Positions 56,679-64,000 of a stretch of DNA of 64,000 bases are shown here, in pieces. The notes below the pieces were generated by a model. That model was not told the DNA's origin and did no database searches. It worked only from the letters and a program-made list of their open reading frames with translations. The translations under genes were made by a program, and so were the position numbers. How positions within the stretch are numbered: position 1 is the stretch's first letter; each line of letters opens with the position of its first letter. Origin of the DNA: Burkholderiales bacterium (GTDB lineage: Bacteria > Pseudomonadota > Gammaproteobacteria > Burkholderiales > JAHFRG01); NCBI GenBank assembly GCA_036522275.1, contig DATDGC010000073.1, positions 1,021-65,020 of the forward strand, in the 5' to 3' direction.

Positions 56679-56859
56679 TTATCCCCGTACCGATTAGACG
56701 TCTCATTTCACCTGGTGCTTTGACCAGGCATTTTTCGAGAACGTTACGCATTAAGTCCGCATCCTCAGGAAAATCTCCGCTGCCTGACCATTCATCGCTG
56801 ATGCGCTCGGCGATAGCCCTTGCCCACATACGACGGTTTTCAAGACGCTGGAGCTTCAT
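56647..56859 (-). CDS. hypothetical protein (cassette ORF-70)
   Basis: The ATG lies 5 nt after the DpnI-like stop. 70 aa, acidic. No family recognised. Confidence 0.35.
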   Translation of the reverse strand: MKLQRLENRRMWARAIAERISDEWSGSGDFPEDADLMRNVLEKCLVKAPGEMRRLIGTGIIEEDYFEPIQ

Positions 56860-56864
56860 AATTA

Positions 56865-57635
56865 TTAAATTACTCGATACTTTCCGCCACCTTTAAATTC
56901 AAGGTAATTCTGATCACGCAGCACTTGTAGCTGCTGGCGAATTTTGTCCTTAATAAAATTGTTTTTTGGATGCATTTTCTTTAGTCCCGCTTCGAATCGG
57001 TACATATCACTTAATGAAAACTCGGAGACCCCGATTTGCTCAATACAGCGCATCACGTCAAGGGCCCAGCCACGTGCTTCGATGTTTTTCGTTTTCTTGA
57101 GAAAAACGGTTTTTCCCCAGGTCTCTAGCACTTGCTTGTCCGGCACAAACTGTTTGTTCAGGACGTAATGGATCCTACCGATTTCTAGGATTTGATCAAG
57201 CAGTATGTTGCAACCTACCCAACCTGCTCGTCGAGCGGTGTCCTTAAGAGGTTTTCGCTTTTCAATAATTCTCGGCGCAAAGAAGTGACCCGGTACCACA
57301 AAAAAATTGAGGACCTCCAGGAGGCGTGGGTCGTAGGACAGAAAAAAGAAATTGGGATTGTTGCTCGATTGCAACCGGTCGAGCATCGTTGCGTACGCAC
57401 CGTCCGTCACCTTGCGCGCGAAATTATTCTGCTTGCTCTTGAGCTCATACTGCTCGGAACAAACAGAGCAATAAAAATCAAGAACGGGTCTGTTGTTGCG
57501 TTCGCGTTCGATAGGATTTCCACACGAGGCACAAATGATATTACGGCGCGCCCAATCTTCGCTCATCACGCGAATTTTCTGCGCAGCGCTTGAATAACCG
57601 ACCACCAGACTAGAGTCCAGCGATAAGGTCTTCAT
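56865..57635 (-). CDS. DpnI-family methyl-directed type IIM restriction endonuclease (Gm6ATC-specific family)
   Basis: 256 aa, collinear with my recollection of S. pneumoniae DpnI: NNRPVLDFYCSVCSEQYELKSK, DGAYATM, NNPNFFFL, ARRAGWVGCNI, DMYRFE, KIRQQLQVLRDQNYLEFKGGGKYR (PD-(D/E)XK N-domain plus winged-helix C-domain). Confidence 0.9.
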   Translation of the reverse strand: MKTLSLDSSLVVGYSSAAQKIRVMSEDWARRNIICASCGNPIERERNNRPVLDFYCSVCSEQYELKSKQNNFARKVTDGAYATMLDRLQSSNNPNFFFLSYDPRLLEVLNFFVVPGHFFAPRIIEKRKPLKDTARRAGWVGCNILLDQILEIGRIHYVLNKQFVPDKQVLETWGKTVFLKKTKNIEARGWALDVMRCIEQIGVSEFSLSDMYRFEAGLKKMHPKNNFIKDKIRQQLQVLRDQNYLEFKGGGKYRVI

Positions 57636-57662
57636 GTTTCCTTTGCGTCCTCTACGGTAAAT

Positions 57663-59441
57663 CTAGTTTGCCGGCTTTACATCACGTAGCCGAATATGCA
57701 GTTCCCGCAATTGTTTTTCATCAACCGGGCTCGGCGCCTGGGTAAGCAGGCATTGCGCGCGCTGGGTTTTGGGGAAGGCAATCACGTCGCGGATGGATTC
57801 CGCGCCCGCCATCAGGGTAACAATGCGGTCGAGACCGAAGGCGATGCCGCCGTGCGGTGGCGCGCCGTATTGCAACGCGTCGAGCAGGAAACCAAATTTC
57901 TGCCGTGCTTCTTCTTCGTTGATGTTGAGTGCGCGGAAGACTTTGGATTGCACTTCCTCGTGGTGAATCCGCACCGAGCCGCCGCCGATTTCCCAGCCGT
58001 TCAATACCATGTCATAGGCTTTGGCGTGCGCCTTCGACGGATCGCTGTCGATGAACGCTTCGTGTCCGTCTTTTGGCGAAGTAAAGGGATGGTGCAGTGG
58101 ATCCCAGCGCTTTTCTTCGTCGTTCCACTCAAACATCGGGAAATCCGTGACCCATAGCGGCTTCCAGTCTTGCTCGGCGTAGCCTTTTCCATGCCCGATT
58201 TTTTCGCGCAGCGCGCTGAGAGAGTCGTTCACAATTTTCGCCTTGTCCGCACTGAAGAAAATCAGATCGCCGTCCTGCGCCGCGCTGCGCTCGAGAACCG
58301 CCTTGATAACATTCTCGGACAGGAACTTGAGGATGGGCGACTGCAAACCTTGCGTGCCTCTCGCTTTTTCGTTGACCTTGATGTAGGCAAGTCCCTTCGC
58401 GCCGTAAATCGCGACAAACTCTGTATAGTCATCAATGTCCTTGCGCGTAAGCGCGCCACCGTTGGGTACACGCAGTGCGGCGATGCGCCCATCGGACAGC
58501 TCAGCGGCGGTACGGAAGACCTTGAACTCGACCGCTTTCATCAAATCGGTAAGCTCGGTAAGCTGCAGCGGCACACGCAGGTCGGGTTTGTCCGAGCCGT
58601 AACGCTGCATCGTTTCCTGGTATGTGAGGCGCGGGAAAGGCTTGGGCAGCTCCACCTGCATTACTTCCTTGAAGAGGTTGCGGATCAGCTCTTCCATCAG
58701 CCCTGTGATCTCGTCTTCGTTCAGGAACGAAGTTTCGATATCAATCTGCGTGAATTCCGGCTGGCGGTCGGCGCGCAAGTCCTCGTCGCGGAAGCATTTG
58801 GTGATCTGGTAATAGCGGTCGAACCCGGCTATCATCAAAAGCTGTTTGAACAACTGCGGCGACTGCGGCAGCGCGAAAAACTGCCCGGGATAAATGCGCG
58901 ACGGCACCAGGTAATCGCGTGCGCCTTCCGGCGTGGATTTGGTGAGTATCGGAGTCTCAATATCCAGGAAACCGTGCGCGTCGAGGAATTTCCGCACCGC
59001 CATCGCGACTTTATAACGCAGCTTGAGGTTCGTCTGCATTTGCGGACGGCGCAAGTCAATCACGCGGTGAGTGAGCCGGGTGGTTTCGGAAAGATTTTCA
59101 TCGTCGAGCTGGAACGGCGGTGTGAGCGAGGAATTGAGAATCTCGATCTCGTGCGCCAGCACTTCCACTTCGCCGCTGACCAAGTCCGGGTTCACCGTGC
59201 CTTCAGGGCGGTGACGCACCTTGCCGGTAACTTTCAAAACGAATTCGTTGCGGATTTTTTCCGCGATCTTGAACATCTCCGGCCGGTCGGGATCGCATAC
59301 CACCTGCACCAGCCCTTCGCGGTCGCGCAAGTCGATGAAAATCACCCCCCCATGGTCGCGCCGCCGGTGCACCCAGCCGCACAGGGTCACGCTTTGCTGC
59401 AGATGCTTCCGGCTGACGAGGCCGCAATACTCAGTACGCAT
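57663..59441 (-). CDS. aspS: aspartate--tRNA ligase
   Basis: ORF-track 57663..59483 trimmed to [43 protein letters not shown], which matches the E. coli AspS N-terminus. Class II motifs are present. Confidence 0.95.
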   Translation of the reverse strand: MRTEYCGLVSRKHLQQSVTLCGWVHRRRDHGGVIFIDLRDREGLVQVVCDPDRPEMFKIAEKIRNEFVLKVTGKVRHRPEGTVNPDLVSGEVEVLAHEIEILNSSLTPPFQLDDENLSETTRLTHRVIDLRRPQMQTNLKLRYKVAMAVRKFLDAHGFLDIETPILTKSTPEGARDYLVPSRIYPGQFFALPQSPQLFKQLLMIAGFDRYYQITKCFRDEDLRADRQPEFTQIDIETSFLNEDEITGLMEELIRNLFKEVMQVELPKPFPRLTYQETMQRYGSDKPDLRVPLQLTELTDLMKAVEFKVFRTAAELSDGRIAALRVPNGGALTRKDIDDYTEFVAIYGAKGLAYIKVNEKARGTQGLQSPILKFLSENVIKAVLERSAAQDGDLIFFSADKAKIVNDSLSALREKIGHGKGYAEQDWKPLWVTDFPMFEWNDEEKRWDPLHHPFTSPKDGHEAFIDSDPSKAHAKAYDMVLNGWEIGGGSVRIHHEEVQSKVFRALNINEEEARQKFGFLLDALQYGAPPHGGIAFGLDRIVTLMAGAESIRDVIAFPKTQRAQCLLTQAPSPVDEKQLRELHIRLRDVKPAN

Positions 59442-59494
59442 CATGATGAAGGGTCGGAAATTCCGGGATTGAAGTCGGACCAAAAGCCGTGCTT

Positions 59495-60100
59495 TTAGCC
59501 AGTATTTTTATGATTATGCGGCGCCGCGACTCCCATGGAGATGATGTATTTAAGCGCCTCATCCACGCTCAAGTCGAGCTCGATAACATCGGCCTTCGGT
59601 ATCATCAGAAAAAAACCCGATGTGGGATTGGGCGTGGTTGGCACATAAACACTCACGTATTCGCCTTTAAGATAATTGGTGACATCACCGCCCGGCTGTC
59701 CGGTTTGAAAAGCGATGGTCCACGAGCCTTCGCGCGGATACTGCACCAGCAGCGCCTTGCGAAATGCTTGGCCCTGGCCGGAAAACAGCGTGTCGCTCAC
59801 CTGTTTGACCCCGCTGTAAATCGTCTTCACTACCGGGATGTGTGAGAGCAGCCATTCCCAAAATTTCACCAGGCGCTGGCCGAGCATATTGGCAGTGAAT
59901 AAGCCGGTAAGAAATACCACCAGCAGTGTGAGGATCACGCCCAAACCGGGAATGTGGTAACCGAACAGTGCTTCGGGACGCCATTCCGGCGGTAACAGGC
60001 GCAGGCTCTGATCCATGGTGCTGATCAAAATATCCAGCACCCACAGGGTGATGACCAGCGGTACCCAAATCAGCAGCCCGGTAATGAAGTATTTTCTCAT
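59495..60100 (-). CDS. DUF502-family membrane protein
   Basis: 201 aa with two N-terminal TM segments and the [11 protein letters not shown] motif typical of DUF502. Confidence 0.8.
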   Translation of the reverse strand: MRKYFITGLLIWVPLVITLWVLDILISTMDQSLRLLPPEWRPEALFGYHIPGLGVILTLLVVFLTGLFTANMLGQRLVKFWEWLLSHIPVVKTIYSGVKQVSDTLFSGQGQAFRKALLVQYPREGSWTIAFQTGQPGGDVTNYLKGEYVSVYVPTTPNPTSGFFLMIPKADVIELDLSVDEALKYIISMGVAAPHNHKNTG

Positions 60101-60387
60101 TTACTGGCAGGCGGGGCAGCCGACGGTGCCGCTGGTTTGGCCCCTATGGATTCTTCAGCGGTTTTTTTCGCGTCCTCCGGCTTGGGCTTGGGCTTGGGCT
60201 TGGCCCCGTCCTTGAAATCGGTGGCGTACCAGCCCTTGCCTTTAAGTTGGAATCCGGCGGCGGAAACCAGTTTTTGCATGCTGGGCTTTCCGCATTCAGG
60301 GCAATTGGTCAGCGGGGCGTCGCTGATTTTCCGCAAAACCTCCTTCTGGAAGCCGCAGATAGCGCAGCGATATTCGTAAATCGGCAT
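60097..60387 (-). CDS. FmdB-family zinc-ribbon protein with a KP-repeat tail
   Basis: MPIYEYRCAICGF...CPECG is a CxxC...CxxC ribbon. The C-terminal KPKPKPKP is encoded by a CTTGGG hexamer repeated 4 times on the plus strand. Confidence 0.75.
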   Translation of the reverse strand: MPIYEYRCAICGFQKEVLRKISDAPLTNCPECGKPSMQKLVSAAGFQLKGKGWYATDFKDGAKPKPKPKPEDAKKTAEESIGAKPAAPSAAPPASK

Positions 60388-60483
60388 AAACATCCCCCAA
60401 ATTCAAAAGACTGCATATTATATCTTAAAGCGCTTGCAATTAAGCGATGCATAAATGGGGGCGATTCAAGCAAACTCAAGGGC

Positions 60484-61290
60484 TTATTCCCCGATGTGCA
60501 GCAACAGCCCGCGCTTCCTCGCGGCGTGGAATGCAGCGAGGAAAATCACCACCCCTGCGGCGAGATAGATCAAGTTGAGCAACAGCGCGTTGAGCAGCAG
60601 ATCGGTGCGGAACTGGTGCTCGATCATCACCGCGCGCATGCCTTCGAACACATGACTCGCCGGCAACGCCAGCGCGAGCGGCTGCAGCCAGCCCGGCAGC
60701 ACGTTTATGGGATAATACACGCCGCTCACCGGCGCGGCGGCGAAAATCAGCGCCCACGCCAGGCTTTCCGCGCCCAAGCCCCAGCGCAGCACCAGCGCCG
60801 CGACCATCAGGCCGATCGCCCAACCCATCATCATGAGATTGACGAAGAACGCGATAAGCGGCAGACCCATGCTGAAAATCGAATAATGGTAAAACGGGAT
60901 TGCCAGGAGCGCAGCGCCGCCCACGCCGATTAAAGTGCGCAGCAGGCTGATGACCAGTTTCGAGCACACCAGCTCGTAAGGGCGCAGCGGGCTCACAAAC
61001 AAATGGCCGAGGTTGCGCGAATACATCTCTTCAAAAAAAGTGAGCGAGACGCCCAATTGGCTTCTGAACAGGATGTCCCAAAGCAAAACCGAAGCAATCA
61101 AAAGCCCGGGAGCCTGCGCCACCCAGGAGCTGTTGGTGGTGAGGAACTTCGCGATAAATCCCCACAGGATCATCTGCACCGATGGGTAATAAGCAAGTTC
61201 CAGAATGCGCGGCCAGGATTTGCGCATGAGATACACATGGCGCAGCACCATCGCGCCGATGCGCCGCGGGGAAAATACCACCGCGCTCAT
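60484..61290 (-). CDS. ABC-2 type transporter permease
   Basis: 268 aa with 6 hydrophobic segments. 4-nt overlap with the upstream ATPase gene. Confidence 0.8.
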   Translation of the reverse strand: MSAVVFSPRRIGAMVLRHVYLMRKSWPRILELAYYPSVQMILWGFIAKFLTTNSSWVAQAPGLLIASVLLWDILFRSQLGVSLTFFEEMYSRNLGHLFVSPLRPYELVCSKLVISLLRTLIGVGGAALLAIPFYHYSIFSMGLPLIAFFVNLMMMGWAIGLMVAALVLRWGLGAESLAWALIFAAAPVSGVYYPINVLPGWLQPLALALPASHVFEGMRAVMIEHQFRTDLLLNALLLNLIYLAAGVVIFLAAFHAARKRGLLLHIGE

Positions 61291-62045
61291 GACGTGCCCC
61301 TCGTTGCCGGCTCGTCTGCGCGCCGGCGCGCGATATCCAGGAACACTTCTTCCAGGTTGCTGCGGCCATAGCGCGTAAGCAGCGCTTGCGGCGTGCCCTG
61401 GTCAACGATTTTTCCTTCGCGCATCATGATCACATCAGTGCACATGCGCTCCACCTCCAGCATATTGTGCGAAGCGACCAAAAGCGTCGCGCCGCTGTGC
61501 TTCTGATAATTTATGAGCAAGCCGCGCATGCGGTCGCCCATATCGGGATCAAGCGAAGCGGTGGGCTCATCGAGCAGCAGCACTACCGGCTCATTGAGCA
61601 GCGACTTGGCAAGCGCAACCCGCGTCCTTTGCCCTGCGGACAGCGTGCCATAGGGCCGGTGCATGAAAGCGCCGATTTGCAATTCTTCCGAGAGTTCTTC
61701 AAGACGCGGCCTGACATTTTTCAACCCGTATAAGCGCGCATACACAGTCAGGTTTTCCGCGACGGTAAGGCGCTTGGGTAAATCCACGTAGGGGGAAGTG
61801 AAATTCATGCGCGGCAGCACGCGGTAACGATGCCGCAAGATATCCTCGCCCAGAACAGTCACGCGCCCCGCAGTTGGCAGCAGTAAGCCCAGCAATACCG
61901 AAAGCGTGGTGGTCTTACCCGCGCCGTTGCCGCCCAAGAGCGCGCAAGTGGTGCCCTGGCGCACGCTGAAGCTCACCGAATCCACAGCCAGTACCTTGCC
62001 GAAACGCTTGGTCAGGCCCCCAACTGATATTGCGTAATCGCTCAT
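61287..62045 (-). CDS. ABC transporter ATP-binding protein
   Basis: 252 aa. Walker A GGNGAGKTT, signature LSAGQRTR, Walker B LLLDEPTASLD. Confidence 0.9.
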   Translation of the reverse strand: MSDYAISVGGLTKRFGKVLAVDSVSFSVRQGTTCALLGGNGAGKTTTLSVLLGLLLPTAGRVTVLGEDILRHRYRVLPRMNFTSPYVDLPKRLTVAENLTVYARLYGLKNVRPRLEELSEELQIGAFMHRPYGTLSAGQRTRVALAKSLLNEPVVLLLDEPTASLDPDMGDRMRGLLINYQKHSGATLLVASHNMLEVERMCTDVIMMREGKIVDQGTPQALLTRYGRSNLEEVFLDIARRRADEPATRGTS

Positions 62046-62259
62046 TTGTGTTTGGCTGAGACGGCGGTTTTTTCCACTATTTAGCCGTTGCGCACGTGAT
62101 TATTGTTCAGATAGGTTCTATACAAAACGCGGGGATTATGCTAGTTTGTCGCTGCCTGAAATTCGGGCATTTTTTATAAATCCGGCTCAAATCTGAATTA
62201 CCCCATAAAAACTGCAGGCAAAAGCTAATTTTAACTTAAATCATCATGGAGAATTGACC

Positions 62260-62526
62260 ATGACAGCAGTTACGAAACTTACGGGAATCGCTCTGGCCTG
62301 CGCCGCGGCTGGAATGTTTGTAACAGCCGGCATCGGCAATGCCGTTGCAGCCGAAGGTAAGGTTCGCTGTGAAGGCGTGAACGCATGCAAAGGCAAGAGC
62401 GACTGCAAGTCCGCCAAGAACGCTTGCAGCCCAGGCCAAAACGCTTGTAAAGGCCAAGGCTATGTGGTGATGAGCGAAAAAGACTGCAAGGCTGCAAAAG
62501 CCAAGGCTAAGCCTACAGGCTACTAA
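62260..62526 (+). CDS. secreted 6-Cys, Lys-rich RiPP precursor (bufferin BufA2-like)
   Basis: The ORF track starts at TTG 62254. The ATG at 62260 lies about 8 nt after GGAGA. A Sec-type leader [33 protein letters not shown] is followed by the core [45 protein letters not shown] (NAC(K/S) occurs 3 times). It lies immediately upstream of the DUF692 and DUF2063 genes. Confidence 0.65.
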   Translation: MTAVTKLTGIALACAAAGMFVTAGIGNAVAAEGKVRCEGVNACKGKSDCKSAKNACSPGQNACKGQGYVVMSEKDCKAAKAKAKPTGY

Positions 62527-62572
62527 TCAGCAACCCAAACACTTTGTCTGCTCGACGAGCCCGCAGGGTGTC

Positions 62573-63460
62573 ATGTTCCATAGCTTCTGTTATTCTTTTC
62601 TTATGCTCCACTCTACCAAATCCCGCAAACCCGATTATTTAGGCTTTGGTCTGGGGTTGAGGATTCCTCACTACGACGAGATTCTTGCAACCCGTCCCAG
62701 AGTGGATTGGTTTGAGGTTTTGTCTGAGAACTATTTGGTCCCAGGAGGGAAACCTCTCCATTACCTGGAGCGCATTCGCGCAAATTATCCTGTGGTCATG
62801 CACGGTGTGTCGCTCTCGATTGGCGGGTCTGACCCTTTAAACCTGGATTATCTAAAACAACTCAAGGCTTTGGCAGACAGAATCGAGCCTAAATGGATCT
62901 CCGACCACTTATGCTGGACCGGAGTAGGCGGACTAAACCTGCATGACCTGATGCCGCTTCCCTATACCGAGGAAGCGGTGAAGCATGTGGTCTCAAGAGT
63001 CAACCAAGTCCAGGATTTCCTGGGGCGCAGAATCCTCTTGGAGAACGTCTCAAGCTATGTCACCTATAAGCAGTCCCAACTCACCGAGTGGGAGTTCCTG
63101 ACCCATATTGCAGAGCAGGCCGACTGCTTAATCCTGCTCGACATCAACAACATTTATGTCAGCAGCTTCAACCACGGCTTTGAGTGTCAGAACTATCTCA
63201 ACGGCATCCCCATCGAGAGAGTGCAGCAGTTTCACTTGGCGGGCCACCAAAACTGCGGAAATTACATCGTGGACACCCATGATCATCCGATAATCAACCC
63301 GGTGTGGGCGCTCTATGAGAAAGCCCTGAAACGTTTTGGCCCCGTCTCCACCATGATAGAGCGGGACGACAACATCCCGCCCCTCAAAGAGCTCCTCGCC
63401 GAACTTAATCACGCCAGAACAATTGCTGGGCTGATATTGGCCAAAGCAAAAGCTGCATGA
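62573..63460 (+). CDS. DUF692 / MNIO-family (MbnB-like) multinuclear non-heme iron oxidative enzyme
   Basis: 295 aa (alternative start Met11 at 62603). [49 protein letters not shown] and DTHDHP are DUF692 hallmarks. Confidence 0.9.
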   Translation: MFHSFCYSFLMLHSTKSRKPDYLGFGLGLRIPHYDEILATRPRVDWFEVLSENYLVPGGKPLHYLERIRANYPVVMHGVSLSIGGSDPLNLDYLKQLKALADRIEPKWISDHLCWTGVGGLNLHDLMPLPYTEEAVKHVVSRVNQVQDFLGRRILLENVSSYVTYKQSQLTEWEFLTHIAEQADCLILLDINNIYVSSFNHGFECQNYLNGIPIERVQQFHLAGHQNCGNYIVDTHDHPIINPVWALYEKALKRFGPVSTMIERDDNIPPLKELLAELNHARTIAGLILAKAKAA

Positions 63461-64000
63461 AAGTGCTTTCGGATTTGCAGAAAGAATTCCAGGACTACGT
63501 GTTCAAGCGTGACCGGCACATGGAGCGCGAAGTCGTGGGCACCCGGCGCGCCAGCTCCAAAACGCGGCTTGGCATTTATTCCAGCGCCTACCGCCTGCGG
63601 CTCCTGGAAGCGCTGGACACCGATTACCCCGCCTTGCGCGCGCTGGCGGGCGATGAGCATTTCGAGAAACTGGGCTATGCCTATATCGAAAGCCACCCTT
63701 CCCCCTATTACAACATGCGCTGGTACGGCGGCGAACTCGCGCAATTCCTGAAAACCACTCCGCCCTACAACGAGCATCCGGTGTTAAGCGAAATGGCCGC
63801 TTTCGAGTGGATTATGGCGCTCGCCTTTGACGCCCCTAACGATCCGGTAGTAACAGTGGACGACATGGCCAAAGTTCCAGCGGAGGCCTGGCCAGATCTG
63901 GTGTTCATGCCCCACGCTTCACTGCAGCGCTTGAACCTGGAATGGAACGTGCCGGTGTTCTGGAAAGCGGTGGATAAAAAAGAACAGCCTGAACTCCCGC
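63457..64000 (+). CDS. DUF2063-family partner protein (MbnC/BufC-like), 3'-truncated by the window edge
   Basis: Absent from the ORF track because it is open-ended. Its ATG forms an ATGA overlap with the DUF692 stop. It reads [65 protein letters not shown]..., the DUF2063 N-terminal pattern. Confidence 0.75.
   Translation, partial: MKVLSDLQKEFQDYVFKRDRHMEREVVGTRRASSKTRLGIYSSAYRLRLLEALDTDYPALRALAGDEHFEKLGYAYIESHPSPYYNMRWYGGELAQFLKTTPPYNEHPVLSEMAAFEWIMALAFDAPNDPVVTVDDMAKVPAEAWPDLVFMPHASLQRLNLEWNVPVFWKAVDKKEQPELP

Noticed and set aside
56647-56700. RF2-style programmed +1 frameshift motif (CTT TGA) in the ORF-70/ORF-121 overlap.
   Set aside because: The CTTTGA string falls in the third frame, which neither ORF uses, so it cannot mediate the required shift.
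60165-60195. CTTGGG x4 hexamer repeat (KPKPKPKP) as a phase-variation switch.
   Set aside because: Unit-length changes stay in frame and affect only a low-complexity tail. There is no evidence of on/off switching.
1-64000. tRNA, rRNA, tmRNA, riboswitch or integrase genes that could explain the island and cassette insertions.
   Set aside because: By eye I found no cloverleaf-like or rRNA-like stretches in the intergenic regions and no tyrosine- or serine-recombinase ORF. A tRNAscan/Infernal run would be needed to exclude small RNAs formally.

Overview
The window is a 64-kb chromosomal segment. Gene content suggests a C1-utilising (methylotroph-like) beta- or gammaproteobacterium, but the taxon cannot be fixed from this window. 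Backbone G+C is about 55-58% (hand counts of sample lines). I recognised no rRNA, tRNA or CRISPR. Coordinates I read directly for repeats and motifs are accurate to about +/-2 nt. Layout: (1) 1-16.4 kb is a complete tetrahydromethanopterin (H4MPT)/methanofuran-dependent formaldehyde-oxidation module: fae, mtdB, mch and fhcBADC, with mptG, pabB and seven poorly characterised cofactor-biosynthesis genes. (2) 16.4-40 kb holds housekeeping and transport genes: gluQ, an O-methyltransferase, an MFS transporter, a high-GC amidase + TRAP transporter block, nhaD, ybdK, a CPA2 antiporter, a lutA-lutB-mmsA-lutC operon, an orphan EgtD-like methyltransferase and pbpG. (3) 40.2-50.6 kb is a degenerate mosaic high-GC (about 68%) genomic island inserted at the 3' end of an Atm1-like ABC transporter gene. 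It carries a phosphonate (2-aminoethylphosphonate) biosynthesis, nucleotidyl-activation and transfer operon, two 2OG/Fe(II) oxygenases, two paralogous CDP-alcohol phosphatidyltransferases, a GT9 glycosyltransferase and an IS91-type transposase remnant. (4) 50.4-62 kb is housekeeping (ABC exporter, clsB/ybhP-like pair, nadA, nudB, aspS), with a low-GC (about 43%) DpnI-family methyl-directed restriction cassette wedged between aspS and nudB. (5) 62.2-64.0 kb is a bufferin-like RiPP locus cut by the window edge: a signal-peptide 6-Cys precursor, a DUF692/MNIO enzyme and a DUF2063 partner. Two dispersed non-coding repeat families overlay all of this. One is a roughly 270-bp TIR-bounded MITE-like or structured-RNA-like element (3 full copies and 1 deletion derivative) that abuts or overlaps start and stop codons. 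The other is a set of REP-like hairpins built from CRCAGAG, GATGAACGC and ACAGGATT modules.
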